Source of the DNA: an uncultured bacterium
GTDB lineage: Bacteria > Patescibacteriota > Minisyncoccia > Phycocordibacterales > PALSA-1337
NCBI GenBank assembly: GCA_903839725.1
Contig: CAIMDG010000002.1
Span: 135,739 to 199,738, forward strand
Direction: 5' to 3'
DNA: 64,000 nt
The notes under the pieces are model-generated. The model saw only the letters and a list, made by a program, of their open reading frames with translations. It was not told the origin of the DNA and ran no database searches. Position 1 is the stretch's first letter. Every line of letters begins with the position of its first letter. Positions 30,301 through 41,471 of this stretch are shown one piece after another. Made by a program: the position numbers and the translations under genes.

Positions 30301-30520
30301 AATTTTTTGTATTCAATTGTTGTAGCGATACTACTGTTTTTTGACACATATCGCCGATACTGTGTCTGAACGAAGACTACTGATAATACTGAATACTGTC
30401 AAGAAACGCCCGAAATCTGGACCCGTACTATTCTTGACACAAACTCACTCAAAAGGTAGAAATACCCCAGGACTGCCGTATTGTTACGGTAGTAGAAAAC
30501 TCAAAACCACATACTGACAC

Positions 30521-31024
30521 ATGAATACCCCTAAAAATACATTGATACGCACAGCGACCCTCGAAGTCTTTGAAATGTTCGGCCCGTTATTCGAGGACCG
30601 TTTCATTACCCAAGTTGAAGGGCGTGTGGCGGCAGTCATCACCGTTCTCAACCCGCACCACACGCGTGAAAACAGCCACCAACCGATGGTGCTCGAAAGC
30701 ATCATCCTCGGTAATAAAGATGTTTCCAAATGGCAACACCCCTACAATGAATACGCTGAAGCGAAGGCCAAGGCTGCCTGGCGGTCTGCGCGATCAAATC
30801 ACCTCATATTCGCCGGCGCTCCGCATCTGATCGAATCTGACGATTTCAAATTCGCCGGTGGCGTCTATGATGACGGTATCGTGGTTGCCACGAGCGGCCT
30901 CAAATGCTGGGAAGATGATCTGTTTGTCTCCCAAGTCGTCGCCTCGGCCATCAAAGCACACGTAATCAAGACGGCAAATCCTGTGATCAATGAGCCGAAG
31001 AAGGCTGATTTGTTTTTCCGGTAA
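30521..31024 (+). CDS. Hypothetical protein, possibly GlcG/HbpS-like fold
   Basis: AEAKAKAA...GGV...GIVVATSG...D pattern. Confidence 0.5.
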   Translation: MNTPKNTLIRTATLEVFEMFGPLFEDRFITQVEGRVAAVITVLNPHHTRENSHQPMVLESIILGNKDVSKWQHPYNEYAEAKAKAAWRSARSNHLIFAGAPHLIESDDFKFAGGVYDDGIVVATSGLKCWEDDLFVSQVVASAIKAHVIKTANPVINEPKKADLFFR

Positions 31025-31151
31025 TCGTCATGATTACCATTGCACCGTTCCCTCTCGTAGGGAACGGTTTTTTATTTCATCATTCTTGGACAAAAAATAT
31101 ATATGAGAAACGCCGCCCAGTTGAAGCCGGGCGGCGTGCGATAGTGAACTA

Positions 31152-32357
31152 TTATTCGTAGGAAACTTTGGCGGCGGCGAAACCTGCCTCAATTTCCTCG
31201 ATCTGGGCACCAACATCCGTGGCACAAATGGCATACCGAATCCACTTGTCGAACGGGATACCGCAGAGGCCGGTATTATCCGTCATGATGTTGTTAAACT
31301 CCTCACCATTGGCGATGTCCTGACCAAATGCCTTCGTTGGGGCATCGAACAGTAAGAAGAAGCCCGCTTCCGGTTTGACGGCGAGGCGCATGCCCCGACG
31401 TTTCAAAACTGACGCGACGAGATCGAGACGTTCGGCATACACCTGATGAACTTCCTCGATACGATCGCGGTGCTTTTCGAAGACATCGAGCACGCCTGCC
31501 GCCGCAAAAGCGACGAAGCCACTGTCGAGATTACCCTTGATCTGGGTAACGTCCGCGATGAATTCGGGTGAACCCGCCATTGCCCCGACGCGCCAGCCAG
31601 TAAAGTTACCAGCCTTCGAGGCAGAGAATGCTTCGATCCAATTCAGATCGCGGAATTCAAGAGCCACATCAGTCAACGTTACCGACTCGGGGCTGTTACT
31701 CAAGATGTGATATGCCCCGTCGTTAACAAGACGGACACCACGATCAGAACAGAAACGACACAGATTCGTGAGCCAATCACGCTTGGCAATGATGCCGGTC
31801 GGATTTTCCGGGAAGTTTAAGCAAATCATGTCGCCTTCGGTGATACCGATAAGGCTCTCCGGAGAAAACAGAAATCCCTTCTTGGGATCCAGCGGTAGCT
31901 CCACCTGTTGGATGCCCTTGATGGCACCGCAGACATATGCGGGCGTCGGATAACCAGGATTCGTCATGGTATAAACTCGCGACAATGAACCGGGACGTTC
32001 CCAGGTGCCGAGAGATTCCACCAACACCTGCAACATCGGTTTGATGCCCGGAATCGGTAGGTAGCTGATGACGTCCGCAGCATAATCCTTCAAATCACGC
32101 ACGACATGACACTGCACAAAACGACGCGCGAAGTCGGGGACACCCGGCGACCCGTTGTCCTGGTATTCATGCATCGCTTCACTGTCAGACATGACTGCGG
32201 CGGCGGCGGCCATGCGGGCCTCCAAAATGGCAGGTCCAGCTGGCTGGCCGACGGTGAGGTTGATGATTTTCTTGCCGGCAGCCATAGCTTCGGCGCGCTT
32301 GGACTTCGAACGTTGAAACACGTTCGGGGGAGCACTGGATAGGAGTCTTTCTCTCAT
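31152..32357 (-). CDS. PLP-dependent class I/II aminotransferase (LL-DAP aminotransferase-like)
   Basis: NFPENPTG, NDGAY, FSASKAGNFTGWRVG; near lysA. Confidence 0.8.
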   Translation of the reverse strand: MRERLLSSAPPNVFQRSKSKRAEAMAAGKKIINLTVGQPAGPAILEARMAAAAAVMSDSEAMHEYQDNGSPGVPDFARRFVQCHVVRDLKDYAADVISYLPIPGIKPMLQVLVESLGTWERPGSLSRVYTMTNPGYPTPAYVCGAIKGIQQVELPLDPKKGFLFSPESLIGITEGDMICLNFPENPTGIIAKRDWLTNLCRFCSDRGVRLVNDGAYHILSNSPESVTLTDVALEFRDLNWIEAFSASKAGNFTGWRVGAMAGSPEFIADVTQIKGNLDSGFVAFAAAGVLDVFEKHRDRIEEVHQVYAERLDLVASVLKRRGMRLAVKPEAGFFLLFDAPTKAFGQDIANGEEFNNIMTDNTGLCGIPFDKWIRYAICATDVGAQIEEIEAGFAAAKVSYE

Positions 32358-32507
32358 GTTATGTTGTCTTTCAATAGCCTAGTTATATGTGATGAACATC
32401 GAGACGGCTACCTCTCGAGATCTTGTGTAAGACTACTTGAAATCATGATTTTGTCAACTGGATACACAAAAATGCCCTCCATTGAGGGCATTATATTTCA
32501 TATTAAC

Positions 32508-32963
32508 TTATTTTGGCTGTCTTTTCTTCTTATAGAAATTCTTGGACTCTCTCGTAATGGCAAGGATAGAAATCACTGCAATATATGAACCACTTACTTC
32601 GATAGGCATACGATATGTTGGATGTGTGATCACATTCGCCACGATAATATACAAAATAAGCACAGTCCACACGATCAAATACAATTCACCTGGATGAATC
32701 GATGTATGCATGTGGTGCCAACGACGAAATTCTTTTTCTGCACTATAGATAGCTAGGGCTGCGCCGTAAATTCCTGCGATGGCCAATAAAATCTCATTAT
32801 CAGCAAGAAAATTTTCATTATAAAAATCGTACACAATAGCTACGAAGAATATAAATGTCCAGAAATTGACCAGCATGCGCCATGCCCCGAATGTACCTAT
32901 TCTGCGAATTAATTTGAATATATTAAACATGTGCATGAAGTGAATATGCTTCTCTTTATTCAT
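32508..32963 (-). CDS. Hypothetical 4-TM membrane protein
   Basis: Hydrophobic helices; start uncertain. Confidence 0.55.
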   Translation of the reverse strand: MNKEKHIHFMHMFNIFKLIRRIGTFGAWRMLVNFWTFIFFVAIVYDFYNENFLADNEILLAIAGIYGAALAIYSAEKEFRRWHHMHTSIHPGELYLIVWTVLILYIIVANVITHPTYRMPIEVSGSYIAVISILAITRESKNFYKKKRQPK

Positions 32964-33100
32964 GAGGTGCAATAAATAGCACTGCAATATATTCGATAAC
33001 TCCTTTAACTTTTTCAACTAGTTTTTCAAACATATAATGGGATTAGTATAACAAAAAACAGGAAGTGGTGCTCCCTGTTTTTTGTGTAAAAGTAAATAAA

Positions 33101-33952
33101 TTAATCTGACTTTTTCTTCTTGCCAACCTGACGTCGTGACACAACAAAGATATTTGAGTACTTCTTTGGAGTACGAGTCTTCTGGCCCTTTCCTGCTGGC
33201 TTACCCCAACGAGTCTTGAGGCGGCGAAGACCACGACCCTGACGCTGTTCACCTCCACCGTATGGGTGATCCACTGGGTTCTGGGCTGTACCACGAACTG
33301 TTGGGCGAATACCCATCCAACGTGTACGACCAGCTTTACCGATGTTAACGAGGCGATTTTCTTCGTTTGAAACTGCACCGATACTTGCCCATGCATCTTC
33401 GTGAACCTTGCGAACTTCACTTGAAGGCATCTTGATGTGTGTGTAACCTGCATCGTTAGCAACAACCTGAGCAAATGAACCTGCTGAACGAACGAGCTTG
33501 GCACCACTACCTGGCTTGATTTCGATATTGTAAATAAATGTACCGACAGGAATATTCTTGAGTGGGAGGCGGTTACCTGTTTCGATAGGAGCCTTTTCTG
33601 AAGTGATGAAAGAGTTTCCAACTTTCATTGTTTTTGGAGCAAGAACGTAACGCTTTGCACCATCCTTGTATGCAACAAGAGCGATGTATCCTGTACGGAA
33701 TGGATCGTACTCAATAGTCTTTACTGTCGCAATGATATCCTTCTTGTCATACATGAAGTCGATGATGCGATAGAGCTTCTTGTGTCCTCCACCCTTGTGG
33801 CGAACAGTGATGCGACCAAAGGCGTTACGACCCATGTCACGCTTGAAACCGAGCGTCAAAGGCTTGTACGGCTCTGAGGCGGTAAGGTACTGCTTGAATG
33901 GCAATACGGTCATGTGGCGACGAGATTTTGTTGTTGGGCGGAATGATTTCAT
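33101..33952 (-). CDS. rplB: 50S ribosomal protein L2
   Basis: GRITVRHKGGG...NPVDHPYGGGE. Confidence 0.98.
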   Translation of the reverse strand: MKSFRPTTKSRRHMTVLPFKQYLTASEPYKPLTLGFKRDMGRNAFGRITVRHKGGGHKKLYRIIDFMYDKKDIIATVKTIEYDPFRTGYIALVAYKDGAKRYVLAPKTMKVGNSFITSEKAPIETGNRLPLKNIPVGTFIYNIEIKPGSGAKLVRSAGSFAQVVANDAGYTHIKMPSSEVRKVHEDAWASIGAVSNEENRLVNIGKAGRTRWMGIRPTVRGTAQNPVDHPYGGGEQRQGRGLRRLKTRWGKPAGKGQKTRTPKKYSNIFVVSRRQVGKKKKSD

Positions 33953-33963
33953 GTGAGTAAATA

Positions 33964-34359
33964 TTATACAAAGTCTATCTTATCGCCCTTTTTGAGAGTA
34001 ACGATGGCCTTGCGAATGCCGCCGACAACTCCACGACGACCACGAATAAAAACTTTCTTTGCTGGTGAATTGACGATAGCAACCTTGACTGGAGTAACTT
34101 TGTACAAAGCTACAACAGCTTTTGCTACGAGATTCTTGTTTGCATTTGGTGCAATTTCAAATGTATATACACCTGTCTGACTCAAGAGACCTGACTTCTC
34201 AGTGATACGTGGGCGGAGAATCATGTCACTTACTGAAGCAACTACTCCTGTCGAAGCGATAACAGCTGGTGTTGCTGCTTTTACAGCCTTAACCGTCTTC
34301 ACAGCCTTGGTTGTCACCTTCTTCTCTGTCGTATTTTTTTTTGTTCCAAAGATAGCCAT
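33964..34359 (-). CDS. rplW: 50S ribosomal protein L23
   Basis: RPRITEKS...KAIVTLKKGDKI. Confidence 0.95.
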   Translation of the reverse strand: MAIFGTKKNTTEKKVTTKAVKTVKAVKAATPAVIASTGVVASVSDMILRPRITEKSGLLSQTGVYTFEIAPNANKNLVAKAVVALYKVTPVKVAIVNSPAKKVFIRGRRGVVGGIRKAIVTLKKGDKIDFV

Positions 34360-34363
34360 GATA

Positions 34364-35038
34364 TTAAGAAATCTTAGCGGACAAATTCTTCACTGCTGCT
34401 TCAGGATTTGAAATAATCAAATATGTAGCATTGAGAATTGATACCGGATTGATATTGCGGAACTCTTCGACTGAGACGTTACCGAAGTTACTGAAACTCT
34501 TGGTGACTGCATCTGACTTTGTATCAAGTGCAATAACTGCTGCGTTGACTTTCTTGGTAGAAAGCTTTTCAAAGCCCTTGATGCCTGCGAGTGCAGTGAT
34601 AACTGCCTGTGCATCCTTTGACTTTGGTGCTTTGAAATCAATTGAATCAACAAAAATGATTTGTCCATCCTTGAACTTACGTGACAAAACAGTAAACAAA
34701 GCCTTAATACGAACTTGCTTGTTGATCTTACGTGAAAAATTCTTGTCATTGCGTGGACCGTGTGCGACTCCTCCACCAACCCAGATAGGTGAGCGTGAAG
34801 AACCGTGACGAGCGCGACCAGTACCCTTCTGTTTCCATGGCTTCTTTCCTCCACCACTTACATCACCACGAGTCTTTGTGTGAGCAACGTTAGTACGTGA
34901 ATTTGAATTCATGAGACGAACAACTTCGTGCACGAGGTCAGCATTCCATGGCACACCGAAAATACTTTCGGGAAGTTTGATCTTTCCTGCTCCGGTACCC
35001 TTTTGATTGTATATTGTAGCTTCCATTGTAGTATTCAT
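34364..35038 (-). CDS. rplD: 50S ribosomal protein L4
   Basis: KPWKQKGTGRARHGS. Confidence 0.98.
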   Translation of the reverse strand: MNTTMEATIYNQKGTGAGKIKLPESIFGVPWNADLVHEVVRLMNSNSRTNVAHTKTRGDVSGGGKKPWKQKGTGRARHGSSRSPIWVGGGVAHGPRNDKNFSRKINKQVRIKALFTVLSRKFKDGQIIFVDSIDFKAPKSKDAQAVITALAGIKGFEKLSTKKVNAAVIALDTKSDAVTKSFSNFGNVSVEEFRNINPVSILNATYLIISNPEAAVKNLSAKIS

Positions 35039-35043
35039 TGCTT

Positions 35044-35655
35044 TTATTTCTCTGAGACGACCTCAACCAAGGTACCTCTTCGACCAGGTAATGCTCCCGA
35101 AACATACATGATGTTCTCTTCTGGGTCAATATGTGCAACGTGGAGGTTTCTCACGGTAATGCGATCACTACCCATGCGACCCGCCATGCGCATACCTACT
35201 GGAACGTGTGTACGCAAACCGCCTCCGATAGAACCAGGCTCACGCTCTGAGTGCTTCTGACCGTGAGAACGAGGTCCTCCGCCGAATCCGTGACGCTTCA
35301 CAACACCTTGGAAGCCCTTACCTTTTGAGATGGCACTTACGGTAACATTTTCACCAACAGCGAACTGTGAGATTTCGATTTTGTCACCAACCTTTGCAGT
35401 TGGAGCATCGATGCGGAATTCGCGAACAGTCGCAAATGATCCCATATCTTTGAAATGACCCTTCTGAGGTTTGTTGATGCGATTTGGGTTGCGAGAACCT
35501 TCACCGATCTGAACAGCTTCATAGCCATCAACGTCTTTTGTACGAACTTGAGTAACTACATTTGCTCGCACAGAAACAGCGGTAACAGGAATAGCCGCAC
35601 CGTTGGCGGTGAAGATCTGTGTCATATTCAGCTTTCGTCCAAGAATGAATTTCAT
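35044..35655 (-). CDS. rplC: 50S ribosomal protein L3
   Basis: SKGKGFQGVVKR...PGSIG...MAGRMG. Confidence 0.98.
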   Translation of the reverse strand: MKFILGRKLNMTQIFTANGAAIPVTAVSVRANVVTQVRTKDVDGYEAVQIGEGSRNPNRINKPQKGHFKDMGSFATVREFRIDAPTAKVGDKIEISQFAVGENVTVSAISKGKGFQGVVKRHGFGGGPRSHGQKHSEREPGSIGGGLRTHVPVGMRMAGRMGSDRITVRNLHVAHIDPEENIMYVSGALPGRRGTLVEVVSEK

Positions 35656-35733
35656 GTCAGTGATTTAGAGGAATAGAGCGAAGACGCAATGAAGTGAAGA
35701 TGTTCTTCACTTCATACGTATTCACTTTTCAAT

Positions 35734-36117
35734 TTACATCATCTTTACGTCTATGTTTACGCCTGATGGCAAACTTAGATTGGTTAAAGCTTCGATAACC
35801 TTCGGATTTGGGTTGATAATGTCGATCAAGCGCTTGTGAACACGCATTTCGAACTGTTCACGAGAGTTCTTGTCGATAAATGAAGAACGGTTGACTGTGT
35901 ACTTCTTGATCTCTGTAGGCAATGGAACTGGACCGTGGATAGTTGCATCATAACGAGCAGCTGTATCCATAATCTGTTTCAAAGAAGCATCAAGAATCTT
36001 GTGTTCGTACGCACGAACGCGGATGCGTAGGTGTGGAACTTCAGTTGCAGCTTTCGCTGCGCGAGCACGAACTGGCTTTGCTGTTGCCTTTTTTGTTGTT
36101 TCTTTAGTAGTAGTCAT
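35734..36117 (-). CDS. rpsJ: 30S ribosomal protein S10
   Basis: GPVPLPT...SREQFEMRVHKRLIDI. Confidence 0.98.
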   Translation of the reverse strand: MTTTKETTKKATAKPVRARAAKAATEVPHLRIRVRAYEHKILDASLKQIMDTAARYDATIHGPVPLPTEIKKYTVNRSSFIDKNSREQFEMRVHKRLIDIINPNPKVIEALTNLSLPSGVNIDVKMM

Positions 36118-36139
36118 GTTCTTTCACTTACGTGCGCAA

Positions 36140-37327
<1,188 letters not shown>

Positions 37328-37578
37328 ATGATTATTGATGTAGTGCTTTAGTTCGCATTATTTAGGCGTGAAGCCAAACAGCGAGAACCAAAGATACATT
37401 GTTAATAGTTTATAAACGACTTATAAAACGCCTAGGTAGGCGAATAGGAACCATACTATCACATAGTGAAAAGTTGTCAAATTTATGTGAGATTAGGCCT
37501 TTCATACACAAAAACCACCTACCCTATCAGGAGAGGCGGTTTTAGTTAAATTAATTATCTGCCCTGGAACAACAACTA

Positions 37579-39894
37579 TTATGGAATCTGTACGAATGCG
37601 TTTGCTAGACCAGAAGTTATAGATACCGAGGCATCTTGAGTTGGGCCCGGACCATCAGCTGCACCTCCTGTACCAAAACTAATTCTTACAATACTAATTT
37701 TCTTGGCTGCTGACGTACCATTTGTGTTATCAACTGTGAAGTTGTAAGTAAATGTACGTGATGAGTTGACGAGGTAAGCGGCAACTGTGTCACCGGTAAC
37801 TGAGCCGGAAGCTGTAACATATGAAACTGTTGTTGAAGCGTCTGGACCAGATGATGTCGTTGTTGCAAGAGCAACATTGGCATTCTTACTGATGTAGATA
37901 GGATTGTCTCCTGTATTCACAACTGTGAATGAAATAGCGGGATGTGCGACACTCCATACACTCGAATCAGAGGCGATGACTACATTTCCCTTAGCTGAGG
38001 TTACATTTGTGATGACTGCTGCAGATGCAACTGGATCCTGAGAAACGATAGTAAATATCGCATCACTACTATCAGTAGCTAGATTAGACTTATCATACAA
38101 TATAGCCTTCACAGTAAACGAATTGTTATTACCAGCACTCATAGCTACAGGAACGGTCCATATATATGAACCTGTATTAGGAACAACATCTTCAGCAATC
38201 AACTCAACAAAATCATTTGTCTGAGCTCCGACTTTGTAATGAAGTTCCAATAACACTCCCGCTGTTGATGGTGCTCCAGTGGTATTCCAACGAATAGTCA
38301 TGGGACCATTCTCTGTATATCTCTCTCCCCCATTTGGACTTAACAATGTGATAGTAGGCTTTGAAAAATCAACACTTACCTTAAGACTATCTACAGGATA
38401 TAGAGGAGTTCCATAGGTGCTATTGATATCCGTTCGATATATAATCTCGGTTGCTTTCGCAATATTAACACCATTTGGATTCGCAGCATTTTCTCTACTC
38501 AAAGTAGTTAGTACGGTGAAGGTACGTGATGATCCTGCTGGTACAATAAAATACGAAGATCCGTCACCGGTAAGAGTGCTTGGATTTGCTGTTGTAGATG
38601 TAATGCGTGGTAACAATTCATTTGAGAATGAAATAGAAGAAACTTGGCCTGGACTAGTAATATTTATTGGTGATTTGAAATAAATCGGAACATTACCTGC
38701 GGTCAACGTAAATTTGAAACTTGCAGGATAACTACTGATTGAACCGTCTGTTGCAAGAGTAGGATTATTCCATCCTACCGTAACAGACATATCACTTAAT
38801 CTAGGTTGAGTGGTAACTACATTACCAATAGTAAACGGAGCATCACTTATATCCTTGAATCCACCACTTTGAACGATCACACCATTTCGGTCGGCTTGAT
38901 ATAGTTCAATCAAATACTTTCCAGCGATAATATTTGCTGGTATTTTCCAAGTAAATGTACCCTTCGTAAAGTGAGCTATCCCAATCTTGGTAACAGGAGA
39001 ACCAGTATTAGGACTACTTGGTCTCAGTTCAATATATACAGAAGAATTGAGTATTGGACCAATATCTGTCACCTGATTTATTGATCTTGTCCACTTAATC
39101 ACCATATCTTGCCCAACGTTATACACTTCTCCTCCATTTGGAGTGGAAACTGTAATTGGAGATGGTGGGATTGGTTGTCCGGTGAAAGTCTTTGTAAATG
39201 TAAGATTCTCGAGACCTGCTGTAATAGTAGAGATTGTTCGCTGTTCTCCAGAATAATAATTTATTTTTGAAATTTTGAATACTTTGGTACCACGTGCAGT
39301 TATCGGTAAATTCATGAACACTGAATGAAATACAAATGTTCGTGAACTTCCTGCAGGAATAACTTTTTGATTAACAGCATCTCCCGCCAACGATGCAGGG
39401 GTTATTGTTGTAGGAGCACCTATTCCCAACATCACACCAAAATCAATAAGTGTATTCCCTGTAATAAATATATTTGTATTTGATTGATTGGATATAGTGA
39501 TAGCTATATCAGCGTTGTATCCAACAATTATATTATTAGAGATAACAGGATCACCTACAGAAATAGAACTGGCCGAGACAGTTACTGCTGTAGTCAAACT
39601 TGGAACACAGGAATATCCTACTGGACACTTTGGAACTACTGGCAGTGTTGTACACGAATATCTTTCTGGACATGTAATAGAACCGGGACCAGATGTCACT
39701 TCAACCATCCCGCTTGAAACTGGCATTGCTGAGTTCTCAACTAATGTATTGTTTAAACTATTAGCAGATGCTGCAGTGAGATTCGCGTTACCAGAAATGG
39801 CAGCGATTGATATTCTCCCCTGTGTTGGTGATGAATACACTACGAACACAAGAGCAGTAAGAACGAGGACATTGGCTATGTGGTTTTTAAACAT
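37579..39894 (-). CDS. Large secreted Ser/Thr-rich surface protein with repeated Ig-like (SPNGGE-type) domains
   Basis: Signal peptide, CPVGYSC, two xPNGGE modules, repeated IPAGSSRTF. Confidence 0.7.
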   Translation of the reverse strand: MFKNHIANVLVLTALVFVVYSSPTQGRISIAAISGNANLTAASANSLNNTLVENSAMPVSSGMVEVTSGPGSITCPERYSCTTLPVVPKCPVGYSCVPSLTTAVTVSASSISVGDPVISNNIIVGYNADIAITISNQSNTNIFITGNTLIDFGVMLGIGAPTTITPASLAGDAVNQKVIPAGSSRTFVFHSVFMNLPITARGTKVFKISKINYYSGEQRTISTITAGLENLTFTKTFTGQPIPPSPITVSTPNGGEVYNVGQDMVIKWTRSINQVTDIGPILNSSVYIELRPSSPNTGSPVTKIGIAHFTKGTFTWKIPANIIAGKYLIELYQADRNGVIVQSGGFKDISDAPFTIGNVVTTQPRLSDMSVTVGWNNPTLATDGSISSYPASFKFTLTAGNVPIYFKSPINITSPGQVSSISFSNELLPRITSTTANPSTLTGDGSSYFIVPAGSSRTFTVLTTLSRENAANPNGVNIAKATEIIYRTDINSTYGTPLYPVDSLKVSVDFSKPTITLLSPNGGERYTENGPMTIRWNTTGAPSTAGVLLELHYKVGAQTNDFVELIAEDVVPNTGSYIWTVPVAMSAGNNNSFTVKAILYDKSNLATDSSDAIFTIVSQDPVASAAVITNVTSAKGNVVIASDSSVWSVAHPAISFTVVNTGDNPIYISKNANVALATTTSSGPDASTTVSYVTASGSVTGDTVAAYLVNSSRTFTYNFTVDNTNGTSAAKKISIVRISFGTGGAADGPGPTQDASVSITSGLANAFVQIP

Positions 39895-39944
39895 GTGAGT
39901 TAAATAATTTGTAAAGAATCAATATAAGTATACCTCTATATGGT

Positions 39945-41261
39945 CTAGTGGAACAAAGTTGCCTTGAGTGTATTGGGGATCGCCGCGTCTCTCAACATTA
40001 TTGCGGAAAGATTCGCGGTTGATGTTCCATAATTAATTCCATACACCTGAGGATATGCTGTTGATGATGGATATGAACCAGTTGCCAAGTAATTAGCAGA
40101 GAGGAACTTTGTTTGACCTGGGGCAATGTAGAAATATGATGAGCTGTCACCTGCCGAATCAGTACTCGTCATTCCTGTAGGCATTATGGTCAAAGTTGTT
40201 GTACCAATTGTCATAGGAAAAGCGGTTGGACCATCCTTAGATATGTACATTGGATAATTTCCCGCAGTTATCGAGGCATTGAATACAAATTTTTGAGCCG
40301 CAACAGCGTCAGTCGATGAAATACTTAATGAACCATATTTTACTCCGAGATTGGAAATGATTGGTGAAGAAATGCATGCGAAATTCACCGTCTCACTTTG
40401 TCCATCAACTGTTGTGATAGGTATATCAGTATTACTACAACTGTTGTACCAATACAAACGTGTTCCTTTTGGAGCAGTTATATTAGCAACACATGATCCA
40501 ACACCTGTACAAGTAAATGTAGCAACTGTTGTTGTAGAGGTTGTAGAAGTTGGTGATGCAACTTTTGTATAACACTTTTGTTCTGTAACAGCTCCATTAA
40601 ATATACACTTCACTTGTTCCGAAGTTACCGCGGGCGCCGATGATTTAATAACAAAATAGTTATCACTGATGTCATTTAATGCAATAAATGGATTTCTATT
40701 GATTACACTCTGACATTCGGCCGCACTCACTGTTGGACACAATGAAACCATGACCTTATATTTACCAGGAGCAACAAAAGACGGAATAGACCAAGAATAA
40801 TATGTATTCAATGTTATCAATGGATAATTATTCTCACCACCATTAATTGCATTTGTGACAATTTTTCCATTTGAATCAATCAAAGTAAGAGCAAATTTTG
40901 TAATGCCCTCTTCAATAACTGGAACATAGTTCCACTTAATCTTCACCGTACCACCAACATAATATGTCTCTCCACTATCTCCATTTGGTGAAACAACTGT
41001 AATAGGTACGACTGTACATGTATATCCACTTGGACATCCCTTTGGTTGAGGTGGGATAGGTGTACATACAAGATTTGTAGGACATACAACTCTTGATGAA
41101 GTAGAAACAGTTGAATTATTTAATGCAGTAGACGCTGCAGCAAGATTCGCATTACCAGAAATACCAGCAACTACTGACGAAGAGTATGATGTTGGCGAAG
41201 AATATATTGCAAAAGCAACGAGTGTTATAGCGAGAGTGTTTACAAAATGATTTTTTAACAT
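39945..41261 (-). CDS. Secreted surface protein, N-terminally paralogous to 37579-39894
   Basis: MLKNHFVN...ISGNANLAAAS; CPSGYTC; SPNG module. Confidence 0.7.
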   Translation of the reverse strand: MLKNHFVNTLAITLVAFAIYSSPTSYSSSVVAGISGNANLAAASTALNNSTVSTSSRVVCPTNLVCTPIPPQPKGCPSGYTCTVVPITVVSPNGDSGETYYVGGTVKIKWNYVPVIEEGITKFALTLIDSNGKIVTNAINGGENNYPLITLNTYYSWSIPSFVAPGKYKVMVSLCPTVSAAECQSVINRNPFIALNDISDNYFVIKSSAPAVTSEQVKCIFNGAVTEQKCYTKVASPTSTTSTTTVATFTCTGVGSCVANITAPKGTRLYWYNSCSNTDIPITTVDGQSETVNFACISSPIISNLGVKYGSLSISSTDAVAAQKFVFNASITAGNYPMYISKDGPTAFPMTIGTTTLTIMPTGMTSTDSAGDSSSYFYIAPGQTKFLSANYLATGSYPSSTAYPQVYGINYGTSTANLSAIMLRDAAIPNTLKATLFH

Positions 41262-41471
41262 ATATGTTACGCGATTAATGAACTACTGATAATACTAATA
41301 AAGAGAAAAGACACACCTCGATTGAGGTAGTGCCTTGGGTAGTGAGATAAGTATAGCAATAAAATATCTTCATGCAAGAAAGGTTATCCACATAAAGACG
41401 GGTAATATAAAATCGGCACTCCACGATGTAGAGCGCCGATTACCATAACAAGACCAAAATCAACTTACTGA

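Noticed and set aside
41384-41392. DnaA box TTATCCACA suggesting oriC
   Set aside because: Single box with no cluster and no dnaA/dnaN nearby
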